A DNA stretch of 64,000 bases, from NCBI GenBank assembly GCA_964188305.1, contig OZ076894.1; one strand, written 5' to 3'. Numbering within the stretch: the first letter of the stretch is position 1; every line of letters starts with the position of its first letter. The notes under the pieces were generated by a model. It saw only the letters and a program-made list of their open reading frames with translations. It had not been told where the DNA came from and made no database searches. The translations under genes were made by a program, and so were the position numbers. Shown piece after piece: positions 13,021 to 24,747 of this stretch. Source of the DNA: Podarcis bocagei. Its lineage: Eukaryota.

Positions 13021-14880
13021 CATAGAATCATAGAATAGAATCATAGAATCATAGAGTTGGAAGAGACCACAAGGGCCATCGAGTCCAACCCCCTGCCAAG
13101 CAGGAAACACCATCAGAGCACTCCTGACATATGGTTGTCAAGCCTCTGCTTAAAGACCTCCAAAGTAGGAGACTCCACCACACTCCTTGGCAGCAAATTC
13201 CACTGTCGAACAGCTCTTACTGTCAGGAAGTTCTTCCTAATGTTTAGGTGGAATCTTCTTTCTTGTAGTTTGGATCCATTGCTCCGTGTTCGCTTCTCTG
13301 GAGCAGCAGAAAACAACCTTTCTCCCTCCTCTATGTGACATCCTTTTATATATTTGAACATGGCTATCATATCACCCCTTAACCTCCTCTTCTCCAGGCT
13401 AAACATGCCCAGCTCCCTTAGCCGTTCCTCATAAGCCATCGTTTCCAGGCCTTTGACCATTTTGGTTGCCCTCCTCTGGACACGTTCCAGTTTGTCAGTG
13501 TCCTTCTTGAATTGTGGTGCCCAGAACTGGACACAGTACTCCAGGTGTGGTCTGACCAGAGCAGAATACAGTGGCACTATTACTTCCCTTGATCTAGATG
13601 CTATACTCCTATTGATGCAGCCCAGAATTGCATTGGCTTTTTTAGCTGCCGCGTCACACTGTTGGCTCATGTCAAGTTTGTGGTCAACCAAGACTCCTAG
13701 ATCCTTTTCACATGTACTGCTCTCAAGCCAGGTGTCACCCATCTTGTATTTGTGCCTCTCATTTTTTTTGCCCAAGTGCAATACTTTACATTTCTCCCTG
13801 TTAAAATTCATTTTGTTTGTTTTTGCCCAGTTCTCTAATCTGTCAAGGTCGTTTTGAAGTGTGATCCTGTCCTCTGGGGTGTTAGCCACCCCTCCCAGTT
13901 TGGTGTCATCTGCAAATTTGATCAGGATGCCCTTGAGTCCATCATCCAAGTCGTTGATAAAGATGTTAAATAAGACCGGGCCCAAGACAGAACCCTGTGG
14001 CACCCCACTAGTCACTCTTCTCCAGGATGAAGAGGAACCATTGATGAGCACCCTTTGGGTTCGGTCAGTCAGCCAGTTACAAATCCACTGAGTGGTAGCA
14101 GAGTCAAGACCGCATTTTACCAGCTTCTTTACAAGAATATCATGGGGCACCTTGTCAAATGCCTTACTGAAATCAAGGTAGGCTATATCCACTGAGTTCC
14201 CTTCATCTACCAGGCTTGTAATTCTGTCAAAAAATGAGATCAAGTTAGTCTGACATGACTTATTTTTCAGAAATCCATGCTGACTATTGGTGATCACAGC
14301 ATTCCTTTCTAGGTGCTCACAGACTGTTTGCTTAATGATCTGCTCCAGAATCTTCCCTGGTATTGATGTCAGACTGACTGGGCGGTAATTATTTGGGTCC
14401 TCTCTTTTCCCCTTTTTGAAAATAGGGACAACATTTGCCCTCCTCCAGTCTGCCGGGACTTCGCCTGTTCTCCAGGAATTCTCAAAGATGACTGTCAGTG
14501 GTTCTGAGATCACATCTGCCAGTTCTTTTAATACTCTTGGATGCAGTTCATCTGGCCCTGGAGACTTGAATACATCTAAACTAGCCAAATATTCTTGTAC
14601 TGTCTCCTTAGTTATTCTGGGCTGTGTTTCCTTTGCTGAATCATTTGCTCCAAATTCTTCAGGTCGGGCATTGTTTTCTTTATCGGAGAAGACTGAGGCA
14701 AAGAAGGCATTGAGGAGTTCAGCCCTTTCTGTGTCCCCTGTTTGCATTTCACCATCTTCTCCTCTGAGTGACCCCACTGTTTCTTTGTTCTTCCTTTTGC
14801 TACGAACATACCCATAAAAGCCTTTTTTGTTGCTTTTAACCTCTCTAGCAAGCCTGAGTTCATTCTGTGCTTTAGCTTTT
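13021..14880 (-). mobile_element. 5'-truncated CR1 LINE, very young
   Basis: CR1-type (ATTCTATG)n 3' tail at 13021-13055, RT-containing ORF2, abrupt 5' truncation near 14880. Confidence 0.95.
13113..14879 (-). CDS. CR1 ORF2 reverse transcriptase, C-terminal part (no native start; 5'-truncated)
   Basis: 554-aa ORF with CR1 RT motifs ([54 protein letters not shown]); frame stays open upstream to the truncation ([30 protein letters not shown]). Confidence 0.93.
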   Translation of the reverse strand, partial: KAKAQNELRLAREVKSNKKGFYGYVRSKRKNKETVGSLRGEDGEMQTGDTERAELLNAFFASVFSDKENNARPEEFGANDSAKETQPRITKETVQEYLASLDVFKSPGPDELHPRVLKELADVISEPLTVIFENSWRTGEVPADWRRANVVPIFKKGKREDPNNYRPVSLTSIPGKILEQIIKQTVCEHLERNAVITNSQHGFLKNKSCQTNLISFFDRITSLVDEGNSVDIAYLDFSKAFDKVPHDILVKKLVKCGLDSATTQWICNWLTDRTQRVLINGSSSSWRRVTSGVPQGSVLGPVLFNIFINDLDDGLKGILIKFADDTKLGGVANTPEDRITLQNDLDRLENWAKTNKMNFNREKCKVLHLGKKNERHKYKMGDTWLESSTCEKDLGVLVDHKLDMSQQCDAAAKKANAILGCINRSIASRSREVIVPLYSALVRPHLEYCVQFWAPQFKKDTDKLERVQRRATKMVKGLETMAYEERLRELGMFSLEKRRLRGDMIAMFKYIKGCHIEEGERLFSAAPEKRTRSNGSKLQERRFHLNIRKNFLTVRAVRQWNLLPRSVVESPTLEVFKQRLDNHMSGVL

Positions 14881-17365
14881 GCTAAAAAGCAAAACTCCTT
14901 TTGTTGGGGAGTGTATTGTTTAGTGGTGTGTATACATTAGTATTGTTAATTGTTTTGATTATTTTTTATTAAGTTTTTTGTGTGCTTTGTATATTGTAAC
15001 TTTTTGTTGTGAACTGCCCCAAGACCTACAAGTATAATTTATTACACATGTATCAAATTATAATGATACCTTGGATGTTAGTATATTATTTTTGCCATAT
15101 ATGCATTCTTTATAGCAAGATGGCTGCAGTTAGTTCATGTATTCAAGTGGGAATTAAGTACGGTAAGTTCAGTTTTGGAGCTTTGAAGATAGTGGGTAAA
15201 GCAGTATTTTTGCTTAATTTGTTTGCTTTACACTCCTTTTATGGCTTTTAAAAATGCAATTGTTTTTATGCTTAATTCTGTTAACTGTTTTTAAAATGTT
15301 CTTTATTAACTTTCAGATTTTTAAAAGTTGCATTGAAACAAGTGGACAAAAATGTGTTGTGGAAATAAATATGTTCTGCAGCATGAACAAATGCATGTAT
15401 ATCCCGACTTTTTGCTCCATTGAATTTGGTAGGCTGAGCCATACACCCGAGGAAGCACATAGTATTCCATTCATCCTCAGAAGTCTGGGTGAGCATTTTC
15501 TGTAGCAGCCACTACATTATGGAATTCCCTCCCCACAAAGGTGTGTCTGGCCCCTTCATTGTACTGCTTTCATCATATACTGAAGACACACCTCTTTAAC
15601 CTGGGCTTGGACACCTGAGTTATATATTTTTAGGACCCACTCTAGTTGCGAGCATAGTTTGTTTTAAAATGCTTTAATGATGTGTTTTATATTGCTGTAA
15701 CCCACCCTGGGACTTTCTAGTGAAGGGAAGGTAAATAATAGTAGTAATAATAATAGCAATCCTTAATTGCTGCCTAGTATGAAAATGAACTGGTACCACT
15801 GAGACTGTTAAATCTTGCGCAGTTAATTGGATGATTCAATTTGGCACAATCACTTCACTGGATTTCCTCCCCTAATGAGCAGATTCCCTGTTCTCCCCAA
15901 ATGGATGTAGCAAACTACCAATAATGAAGTCAACCATCCCATGCCAGAAAATGCAGATGTGCTGGGCTTTGCGCTAGTGACTCCCAATGCCGAGTCCACG
16001 GAAAGCTTCAGCCAGGAATAGGTACCACGCCCAAAAGAGCCACAAAAGCTGTTCTTCTTGCTCACGCACAAAGCATGAACCTTCCCAACACTGGGACAGC
16101 ATTCATATCCAAGCCAAGAAGACCAACAAGAGCAACTGGGTGGGAAACAAGGGGAAATATGAATACACCATGAGTATACCCTTCTTCCATGCTCAAAGGA
16201 AGAAGCCAGCCATGAAATTCTGGTCTCCCAATGATCCCCTCAGGTGATTATAGAGGATGGGACAAAGGTAGGCTGCAGGCACTAGATTCATGGAAACATT
16301 GCACCCAACTCCCTAATGATTAAGCTGTGTGTGGTCTGCACTAAGACTTCAGTACTGTAGCTCAAGGTTCAGTACGACATCCTGGCTTTTAGAAGAACAA
16401 AGAACGAAAAAGTCTGGATTGAGCTACAGTGTGACAGCCATTATCAGAAACTGTTTCTGTGTGTTTCCTAGGACAACTAGGACAACATTTCTGTGTGCTT
16501 CCATAGCAACATAAACGTATTATGTCATAATGCAAAATACATCCACTATATACGGAAAAAATTTAAAATGGCTTGAACAACAGGACAACAGGACACAACT
16601 AGGAATCACGGTTCATATCTAGCAGATTTTCTCCTGGAATACATGTAATGTCAACCAATACTTAAAAGGTATATTGCTTAATTAACATTCATGGAGATAA
16701 TGGATTTCCCCCCTCCTGTGCAAATAAAACTCATATTTGGTTCTGGTTTCTACATTTCTTTGTAGTTATAATAGACCTTATAAGACATCTTCATTCTTTA
16801 CTTTGCCCTCTCCGTGTGCACCTGAGATGCATCTACATCTGTCATCACTGGTCATTACAAAACTTGTTGAATGTCTGCTGTTATCATTTGGGAGGGTGCA
16901 ATGCCGAAACTGTAGAGCTGCCAGTATCCATTGATGCAAAGAGGTTTGAAAGAATTATATGGAGAAGAATGCAATTGTGACTGAATTTGGCTTCCCAAAA
17001 GGAAAAGGAACGTTGGTATGAGTTTCTGGAAATGCGATTAAACTTGATTGCCTTACCGCTGTTTGGTGACTGTTTAATGCAATTCAAAATTCCACTTGTT
17101 CTCCTCAAACAAGACATAATTGCACCACAAGGTTCTTCATTGCATCTTGATCAGCTTAGTACTAATTAGCAATAATGTCTTATTTTATTATTTTAACACT
17201 ACTATGCCACCTCCTACACCAGCTCCAAGGCAATATACAGCCAATTTAAAAATACGTATCCAACACTCAAACTACAAAAGATAAAACCAGCTGGTAACTC
17301 AGGGCAGTGTTTCAAAGCACAGTAATTTGCTGGAGTCAAGCACTTGCAAAGGCTTGAACTACAAA

Positions 17366-17366
<1 letters not shown>

Positions 17367-17409
<43 letters not shown>

Positions 17410-17731
17410 TTACTTTTAACCCACCTATCTGATTGGCTTGCCCCAGCCACTCTGGGTGGCTTCCATATGTGTGTGTGTGTGTAATGAAACATCAGACATT
17501 AAAAACTTCCCTATACAGGTCTGCATTCAGATGTCTTCTGGAAGTCATATAATTGTTCATGTCTTTGACATCTGATGGGAGGGTGTTCTACAGGGCTGGT
17601 GCCACTACTGGGAATGGCCTGTGCTAGTTCCCTGTAACTTCACTTCTTGAAGTGAAGGAACTGCCAAAAGGCCCTCAGAACTGGACCGCAGAGTCTGGGC
17701 TGAAAGATGGGGGTAGAGACGCTCCTTCAGG
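17367..17731 (-). mobile_element. L2 LINE 3' end fragment with (AAT)n tail
   Basis: Homologous to 190-500; (AAT)n at about 17368-17409. Confidence 0.75.
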
Positions 17732-19624
17732 TGTACATGTTGACAAGGGCTGAGGAGAGATGTAGTTCAAAACATCTGGAGGGCACTAGGTTGAGGGAGG
17801 CAGCCCTGGTGGATTTTTCAAGTAATCCTCAAGGTTTCCAGCAAACCTATTTTGAAAATCATAGCAGTAAATACACACTGAGTGGATGCTGGGCAAATAG
17901 AATAGTTTTGTAACACTCCATGCCAAACTTCATCCCTGTTCACCATTCAATCGTAATTTTGCCATCAATATACTTTAAATTAGATCTGGGACAACACCAG
18001 TACATTGGTCTAGTCTAGAGTGACTCTATTGGAGTGATATCATTTCAAGAAACTATCCTTCAGGGTCACTTCAGCCCCAGAGCACTTTCAGAAGAGAATG
18101 AACTCCTATATTTCAGAATTTACCACTGAAATGATTTACCAAATGGTGGCATGGATGGGTCTCAGACCTCAGCTATTCTCTCTCCAAAATTGACATGCAG
18201 GGCAACCACAAAACATTTTCTACCTCTGAAAGCTTATTTCATGACCTTTTCTTAGAATAATCTTGCTGGTCTCAAGATTGTTGCTTTTTGGATCAAAATT
18301 CATAGCAGCAGAACTGGTAAACATTTTCTTTCCCTCCCTCCCTCTTTTTCCTTACATAAGACAATTCCAAGATGATTTCAAATTAAGGTAGATTTTCTGC
18401 CTTGCATTGGAGTTGTTCAAACTTGTCTAAATAACTGTACTCTTTGGCTCACACCATTTTAATAAGCCCCGGGTGTATTAAGCCAGATTATATGACACAT
18501 GTTAAGGTTCATGTTTGATATCAAATTAAGTATCTGGATGATTTATGGAAAAGACTTCACCTCCCTTTCCCCCACATGAGGTTTAATACTAATCTTCAAC
18601 TAGATCTTCCAACACTTTCTGAATTTAAACCTTCCCCACTCGAAACTGTCAATGTTGTTTTTAATTTCACATGAGACTGATACCCAGCCTTGCATCTGTT
18701 ATTATTCCCTTGACTTCTCTCTCTGGGAGTAAGTATGAGTCTAGAGTATATCAGTGTGATTACTGGAGGCTGCTAAATTCCTACGGTTAAAAAAAAGGAA
18801 AGGAAAGAAAAATGACTTTCCTTTGTCTCATAGCAGGATTTGATTACACTATTACTCTCTGCATTAATGTGCTATTTGGCTATAAAGGGAATTGCTGAAG
18901 AGTTTGTCTTCAAAATCCAAATGCATTCCTTGAATATGTGGAAATCCATTATTAGCTCTTACCCACAAGAAGGAGCAAATCAACTAATATTAATGTCAAC
19001 AAAGCTTCACCTGGATTCTGTTTTGTTGACAGAGGTAGAACTTCCATCAACTAGCTTTGCCGCAACACAAGGTTGTTTTACTGAAGTCTGGTTGCATGAC
19101 ATCTTTTCATTCATGGCATTTAAAAACAAAACAAAATGGGAAACATTCAGTTTTAAAAGCCACCTGTGGAAACTCAATATTTCCACTTTTCAGCATGTTT
19201 GGTGATTTTTGACCATTTACTTTTTTTCAGAGCTTGCTTGCAATCCCTTGTACTTGATGCCACTTCCGCAGCGAGCAGAAACAGGTGTGGGGTTTTCATC
19301 TCCTTATGCAATTATGCGAAACGACCTCTTGGGCATTGTGTGCAACATCTAATGGGTTATTCTATTGACTTTTTCTTTTTTTTGGAACAACAACAACAAA
19401 AGAAACTACAACCAAGTCTCATATATTTTCAGAAAAGGTGTAAGGCACAGCTTTCTGCATGTGCAAGAAAGGTGCAGGTGGACGTCTGGGCTTGCATGTG
19501 CACCATGATGCTCACGAAGATCACACTGAACTGGAGGGATGTGACTTCTAATGCAAACAGGGGTGCAGCTTCCTACCCAGATCCGCTAAGTGACACATCA
19601 ACTCTACCAGGTGATGTGATTATA

Positions 19625-20119
19625 TGTCAGGGACTGGACTGAGAGGGACGAGACTGAGGTGGAATGGTGGAGATCACCCACCCTCCTTCTGAACTTCCCA
19701 GAGAAGAGGAAGGCAGTATTGAATTACAGCAGTGGTTTGAGGAAGGCCACAGCTCAGAGACAGGTGAACAGAAGAGTTAGGAGGTGTTGGGAGAAGAGAA
19801 GGGGGAGACAGCCAGCTGACACATTATCACTGGAGAGCATTTCTGGCCCCCCCTTCCTCCCAGAATTCAACGTGCATTGAAAGTGAAAGAGCGAAGGACT
19901 CCGAGACAATTAGCCCCTGGTGGCCACCATAAGGGGATTTGCTGTTGCTAGGAAGGGAGGGGGCAGCAGCTCAGTTGGAGCAGCACCATTATTTTAGAGA
20001 CAGCGTTCTTTTCTCTCTTTCTGTGAATACTGAATAAATCATGTGGTAAGAACTCTTTCGGTTATCTGCCTTTTGACTGTCACCAGGGGAAGGAATCATA
20101 ATTCCCCGAAGCTTTGTCA
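19625..20119 (+). mobile_element. Solo LTR (Gypsy-like), family II
   Basis: Starts TGTCAGGGAC, ends ...TGTCA, TSD TTATA/TTAGA, AATAAA near 20033, similar along its length to 24266-24747. Confidence 0.7.
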
Positions 20120-20335
20120 TTAGAAGGCCAAGCCTGCAATCCTAAACACATCTACATGGGACACAATGGCACTTGTGGGTAATGTTGTATGTATGACACT
20201 TCCCAAACCAGGAGTGGGAGCACATTGGATGCTAAGTAAATGAGTGTTCACATAGCCATAATGTATAGCTTACACTCGCATCCTTAAAAAACAAACAAAA
20301 AACAAAAAACACACGTGAATAGCAGGTGCAGGTCA

Positions 20336-20515
20336 CATAGAAAGCTGAGTTGTACCATTGGTTTGTCTAGGTCAGTATTCTCTACACTGACTGGCAGCAG
20401 CTCTGTAGGTTTCCAAACAGAGGGCATTCCCAGCCCTTTATAGAAATGCCAGGGATTGAACCTTGGACCCTCTGATTACAAAGCAGGTGTTCCACTATGG
20501 AGGTAGGGTCTTTCC
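20336..20515 (-). mobile_element. tRNA-derived SINE (Squam3-like)
   Basis: Similarity to 11231-11428 and 29586-29772. Confidence 0.65.
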
Positions 20516-21566
20516 TCATATACTGATTTCATCAGAACCACAAAGGGGGCATTTTTCCTCAGGGCCATGATGGGAAAGGAAAGGGTTAAGCTTCCCCTTT
20601 CCTGCTTGCTAAGGTTTTAAGGATAATCCTGGGGGCCTGCACACACACACAGTCACATTTGGTTCAGCCCTAAGGACTGGGTCAATATTTGAGACACTTG
20701 TGGCACTTTAAAGACTATGAAGCACATTGTGCCAAAAGATTTTGTAGGCTCCAGCCTGCTCCGTTTGATGTCTCAGATGACCTGGAAATTTAAGGCTTAT
20801 TTGCAGAAGAATCTGGGTTTTATTTGTTCTAGAGCTAATCCAAATCCAGCCTTTTCATTTGTGTCCGGTGCCAGGTCTTATAACTGGAGTATGAGAAATA
20901 AAAATAGCTGAAAGTGCTACTGTACACAGCATTCAGACCCCACACATCACAAATCAGAGGAAGAGCTTTCAGACAAGTGAGCTGGTTCCCTGGATAAATT
21001 TAAGGCCTTTAAGCCCTTTGTACCTGATATGAAGCACTAATAAGAAAAGAAACAGCTTTGCACACTGAGACTGTTACAGTAGAAGGGCTTCACACAGGCC
21101 CATCCAGAGACTACATGGAGGGAGCTGGAGGGCACATGGGGTTGTGTCTGCCCCTCTCAGTATTTCGCCAGCAGACACCCATGCATTTGATATCCCTCTG
21201 AAAGAGTTTTACACAGACACACATGGACACTGATGTGATTTCTGCAAGATGTGCCCTCAGCTCTGCCACTTATTTCCATCTAGCCTGGGAGGATGGAGCC
21301 CTGGCTGATTCTGTTGCTGCTAAAGGTACCAGAGACTATACTGATGTGAGTCTGGAGTCTGGAGTGTTTGGGATGCCCAGAAACAAACAGAAGTTGGGTG
21401 GCGTTTAAGGGTTTCTGCGTAGAGAAAATACATGGACTCCTTACGAGAACACCTTACAACATATAGTACATCAAAAGCACAGTTCCTGTTTTGGAAATGT
21501 GATGTTCATTGTTCTTTGATTTAAATGTCAAACAAAATATTTTTTTTAAAAAAAAGGAAGGAAAAA

Positions 21567-21611
21567 GAGAAGAGAAGAGAAGAGAAGAGAAGAGAAGAGA
21601 AGAGAAGAGAA
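21567..21611. repeat. (GAAGA)n microsatellite
   Basis: Direct tandem repeat. Confidence 0.9.
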
Positions 21612-22532
21612 GGTGCAGAGGTTGCGAGAGCACTGTGGCAGTGAGAGGACAAGGATAGCCACTGCAGGCCAGCAACTACAGAAGGTGGCTGGCTTCTTTT
21701 TCAAAGTAAACAGATATATTCTGGTTGTTTCCTAAAGGGCACAGATTGTCAGGACTTCACCTTGCTTAAAGAAGGATCTTTCCATCTCAAAGTTCCTGCA
21801 TTCCTCCTGAGACACTTGCGAGATACCTGAGACACCTACCGATGCAGAAACTGTCTGCTAGGGATACTCTTATGTATATATCATTGGGACTGGAGCGCTC
21901 CGAAAGCCTGTTCTGTATCCGAGGCCATTAGTAACCCGGAAAGAGCAGGCAGCTGTCATCACTTGCAAAGCACTGGCTGGTAAAAGGATTACGGGAAGAT
22001 TTTGCTTGCTGAGTGAGCATCATTACTATGGACGGTCGAAAGCGTCAGATGGAGGCAGGGATCTTGAAGCTGAAGTGGCAGAATCCTTTCTTGTCCATTG
22101 TGCAAGTTGCTTAAGACAGCATTGTGTCTTATTCCATGTTATCAGTCCCATATACACAAGTGGACTTGTATGTCCGAGCCCCAAGACTCTTTGGCACTGT
22201 ATTCAAAACACACACTTTTGTTTTTTTCAAAAAGGGGTGGGGGAGTGAAGTTTGACATCTCAAAGGAGGGGGAAATATATTAGACATTTGCAAGCCCATG
22301 TGCTTGTTTAAAATGGTCATTAAATCTGCATGTGTTTGTGTGTGCCACATGGATGGGGGCAGCATGTGTTTCTCCTCTGCTCCACAGCCCCAGGGCAAGT
22401 GTCTGTTGGAATGGAGTGTTCAATTTTTGGCAGAGAGAGGACAAGGGGGAGAGATATTATCTACCCTCCTGCTGCTTTTTCTCAACCCTATAGATAGGGC
22501 AAGGATGGTCCTCTATGGAGAACAGTTGCAGC

Positions 22533-22622
22533 CATAGCTGTCAACGTTTTCCTTTTTTTAAGGGGAATTCCCTTATTCCAAATAGGATTCCTCGCAAGAA
22601 AAGGGAAAAGTTGTCTGCTATG
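22533..22622. mobile_element. Tiny hAT MITE (about 90 bp)
   Basis: CATAGCTGTCAAC / GTTGTCTGCTATG termini, 8-bp TSD GTTGCAGC/CTTGCAGC. Confidence 0.65.
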
Positions 22623-22851
22623 CTTGCAGCATTTGGGATTTTTTAGTTTAGAGAACCGGTGAGCAAGAGCTGACATGACAGAAGTTTATAAAATGATGCA
22701 TGGCATGGGGAGAGTGGTGAGATGCTAGAACTCAAGACTATCCAAGCAAGCTGAATGCTGGAAGATTCAGGGCAGATAAAAGAAAGCTCTTCTCCACACA
22801 GCTCATAGTTAAACCATGGACCTCGCTCTCCCAGGAAGCAGTGATGGTCAC

Positions 22852-23286
22852 TGTCAGGGAACTGACATTGGAGCCAGAGGCGGAGGGAAGGCTCCCAAGT
22901 GATGCTGGAGAGGGACCCAGCAGGGAGAGAGGCAGCTCATCAGCTGGGGAAGGTAATCAGCGCAACACCAGGGACAAAGGGGGGCAGATGGGGGAATCGG
23001 CGAGAGGGCTCCAGGACTCCTCGCCGGACACCAGCGGGGAGAGCACGGGTCCTCCGCTACCCACACCCTCCCTGCGCAGAAGACTTCCGCGCAGGGAGAG
23101 TAGGAGGAGACTTGGCGTCAAACAGCTTTTATGCTGGAAAAGGTTTAAGAAACGCCCACTGACGGATTCTGCTAGCGACTGAAACAGCCACGAAGTGAAG
23201 GGCTGTCCAGACAGAAAAGGTTTAACAAGGCAACATAACCAGGAGAGGCGGCAACTTACGCACGAGCAACCCCTATATTCATTACA
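22852..23286 (+). mobile_element. Solo LTR (Gypsy-like), family I copy 1, inserted in an old CR1-like 3' remnant
   Basis: TGTCA...TTACA termini, perfect 5-bp TSD GTCAC, homologous to 26886-27318 and 41431-41867; the flanks rejoin as GTGATGGTCAC|CAACTTGGATGGCTTTAAAAGAGGATTGG. Confidence 0.88.
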
Positions 23287-23691
23287 GTCACCAACTTGGA
23301 TGGCTTTAAAAGAGGATTGGCCCAATTCTTGGGAAATAAGGAGACCAGGAGCTACTGATTTGGATGTCTATGTTCTGTCTCCACGGTGAGAGGCAACAAG
23401 AAACCACAGGAGGAGAGAGGGCTCTTGTGTTCAGGTCCCACAGTCATCTGGTTGGCCATTGTGAGAACAGGATGCTGGCCTGATCCCAAAGGCTGCTCTT
23501 ATATTCTTACTTAGTTTATTATATTTATGAGCCAACCTTCCTCCTCAGAGCCCCAAACCATGTATAGCACAAGATAAGCCAACAAAATGCATCCCTAAAT
23601 AAGTCACTAAAACCCTCATTAAAATGGCAGTCACTTAAAAAACCCCCACCAAATCCAGAAAATTCTATTAATGATGACATTACATTATCAA

Positions 23692-24010
23692 GGACGCGGG
23701 TGGCGCTGTGGGTTAAACCACAGCGCCTAGGGCTTGCCGATCAGAAGGTTGGCGGTTCGAATCCCCTGCTCCTGCCAACCTAGCAGTTCGAAAGCACGTC
23801 AAAGTGCAAGTAGATAAATAGGTACCACTCCAGCGGGAAGGTAAAATGGCGTTTCCGTGCACTGCTCTGGTTCACCAGAAGCGGCTTAGTCATGCTGGCC
23901 ACATGACCCGGAAGCTGTACGCCGGCTCCCTTAGCCAATAAAGTGAGATGAGCACTGGAACCCCAGAGTCGGCCATGACTGAATCTAACGGTCAGGGGTC
24001 CCTTTACCTT
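23692..24010 (+). mobile_element. Sauria (Squam1) SINE
   Basis: GGACGCGGGTGGCGCTGTGG head with GGTTCGAATCC B box, (ACCTTT) tail, TSD ACATTATCAA; small internal deletion. Confidence 0.9.
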
Positions 24011-24265
24011 TACATTATCAAACTGAAAAGACCTGGGTGAACAAAAGCACCTTCAGTCGATGTCAAAATCCCAGCAATGAAGAATGCAGATCAAACTCCA
24101 GGGCGCGATCATTCCAAAATTGAGGCCCTGCTATGGAGAATGCTCTTCTAACCACCCTCTCACCAGAAATCCCCATAGAGACCATGAGCAGAGCACATAC
24201 ACACCAAAATCTTATGGATCAAGTCACTTGATGCTTCTGCAGGTACTTGAGCCCAAGTATCCTGC

Positions 24266-24747
24266 TGTCAGGGACTGGGCAGAGGAGGAATGGTGGAGAC
24301 CGCCTCCCAAGCTTGACCCTTCCAGAGAAGAAGACTGTTCAGAATTGCAACAAGGGGTTGAGGGAGGTCACAGCTCAGAGGCAGATGATGGAGAAAGCTG
24401 GGAAATAATAGGAGAGGAAGCACCAGGAGAGCAACAGCTGACAGACACTGTGTCTAGAAAGCATTCCAGACCCCACCCCCAGAACCTGGCGAGCCTTGAA
24501 AGTAGTAGAGCAAAGGACTCAGAAGCAAAGGGTCCTCAGCGCCACCCATAGGGAAGAAGGTGACGAATGAGGAAGTAGGAGAAAAGGGGGGACAGAGATT
24601 TACTCAGGACAACGCTATTATTCCAAGAGATTTCATTCTCAAGCCTCTCTCTGTAAATATTGAATAAAAGCAGATGGTAAGGACTTTTCCTTGTCTTATC
24701 CGTTCCTGGCAACGTGTTGTGAGGGTCAGTTCCTCTGCCTCCTGGCA
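24266..24747 (+). mobile_element. Solo LTR (Gypsy-like), family II
   Basis: TGTCAGGGAC...CCTGGCA, perfect 5-bp TSD CCTGC, AATAAA at about 24663. Confidence 0.8.

Noticed and set aside
13057-14817. Plus-strand ORFs of 76-134 aa over the CR1
   Set aside because: Antisense shadows of CR1 ORF2.
22957-23325. Antisense ORFs over the family I LTRs (also 27022-27213 and 41410-41703)
   Set aside because: Starts and lengths differ between copies, and some depend on flanking DNA; best explained as shadows of the sense frame.
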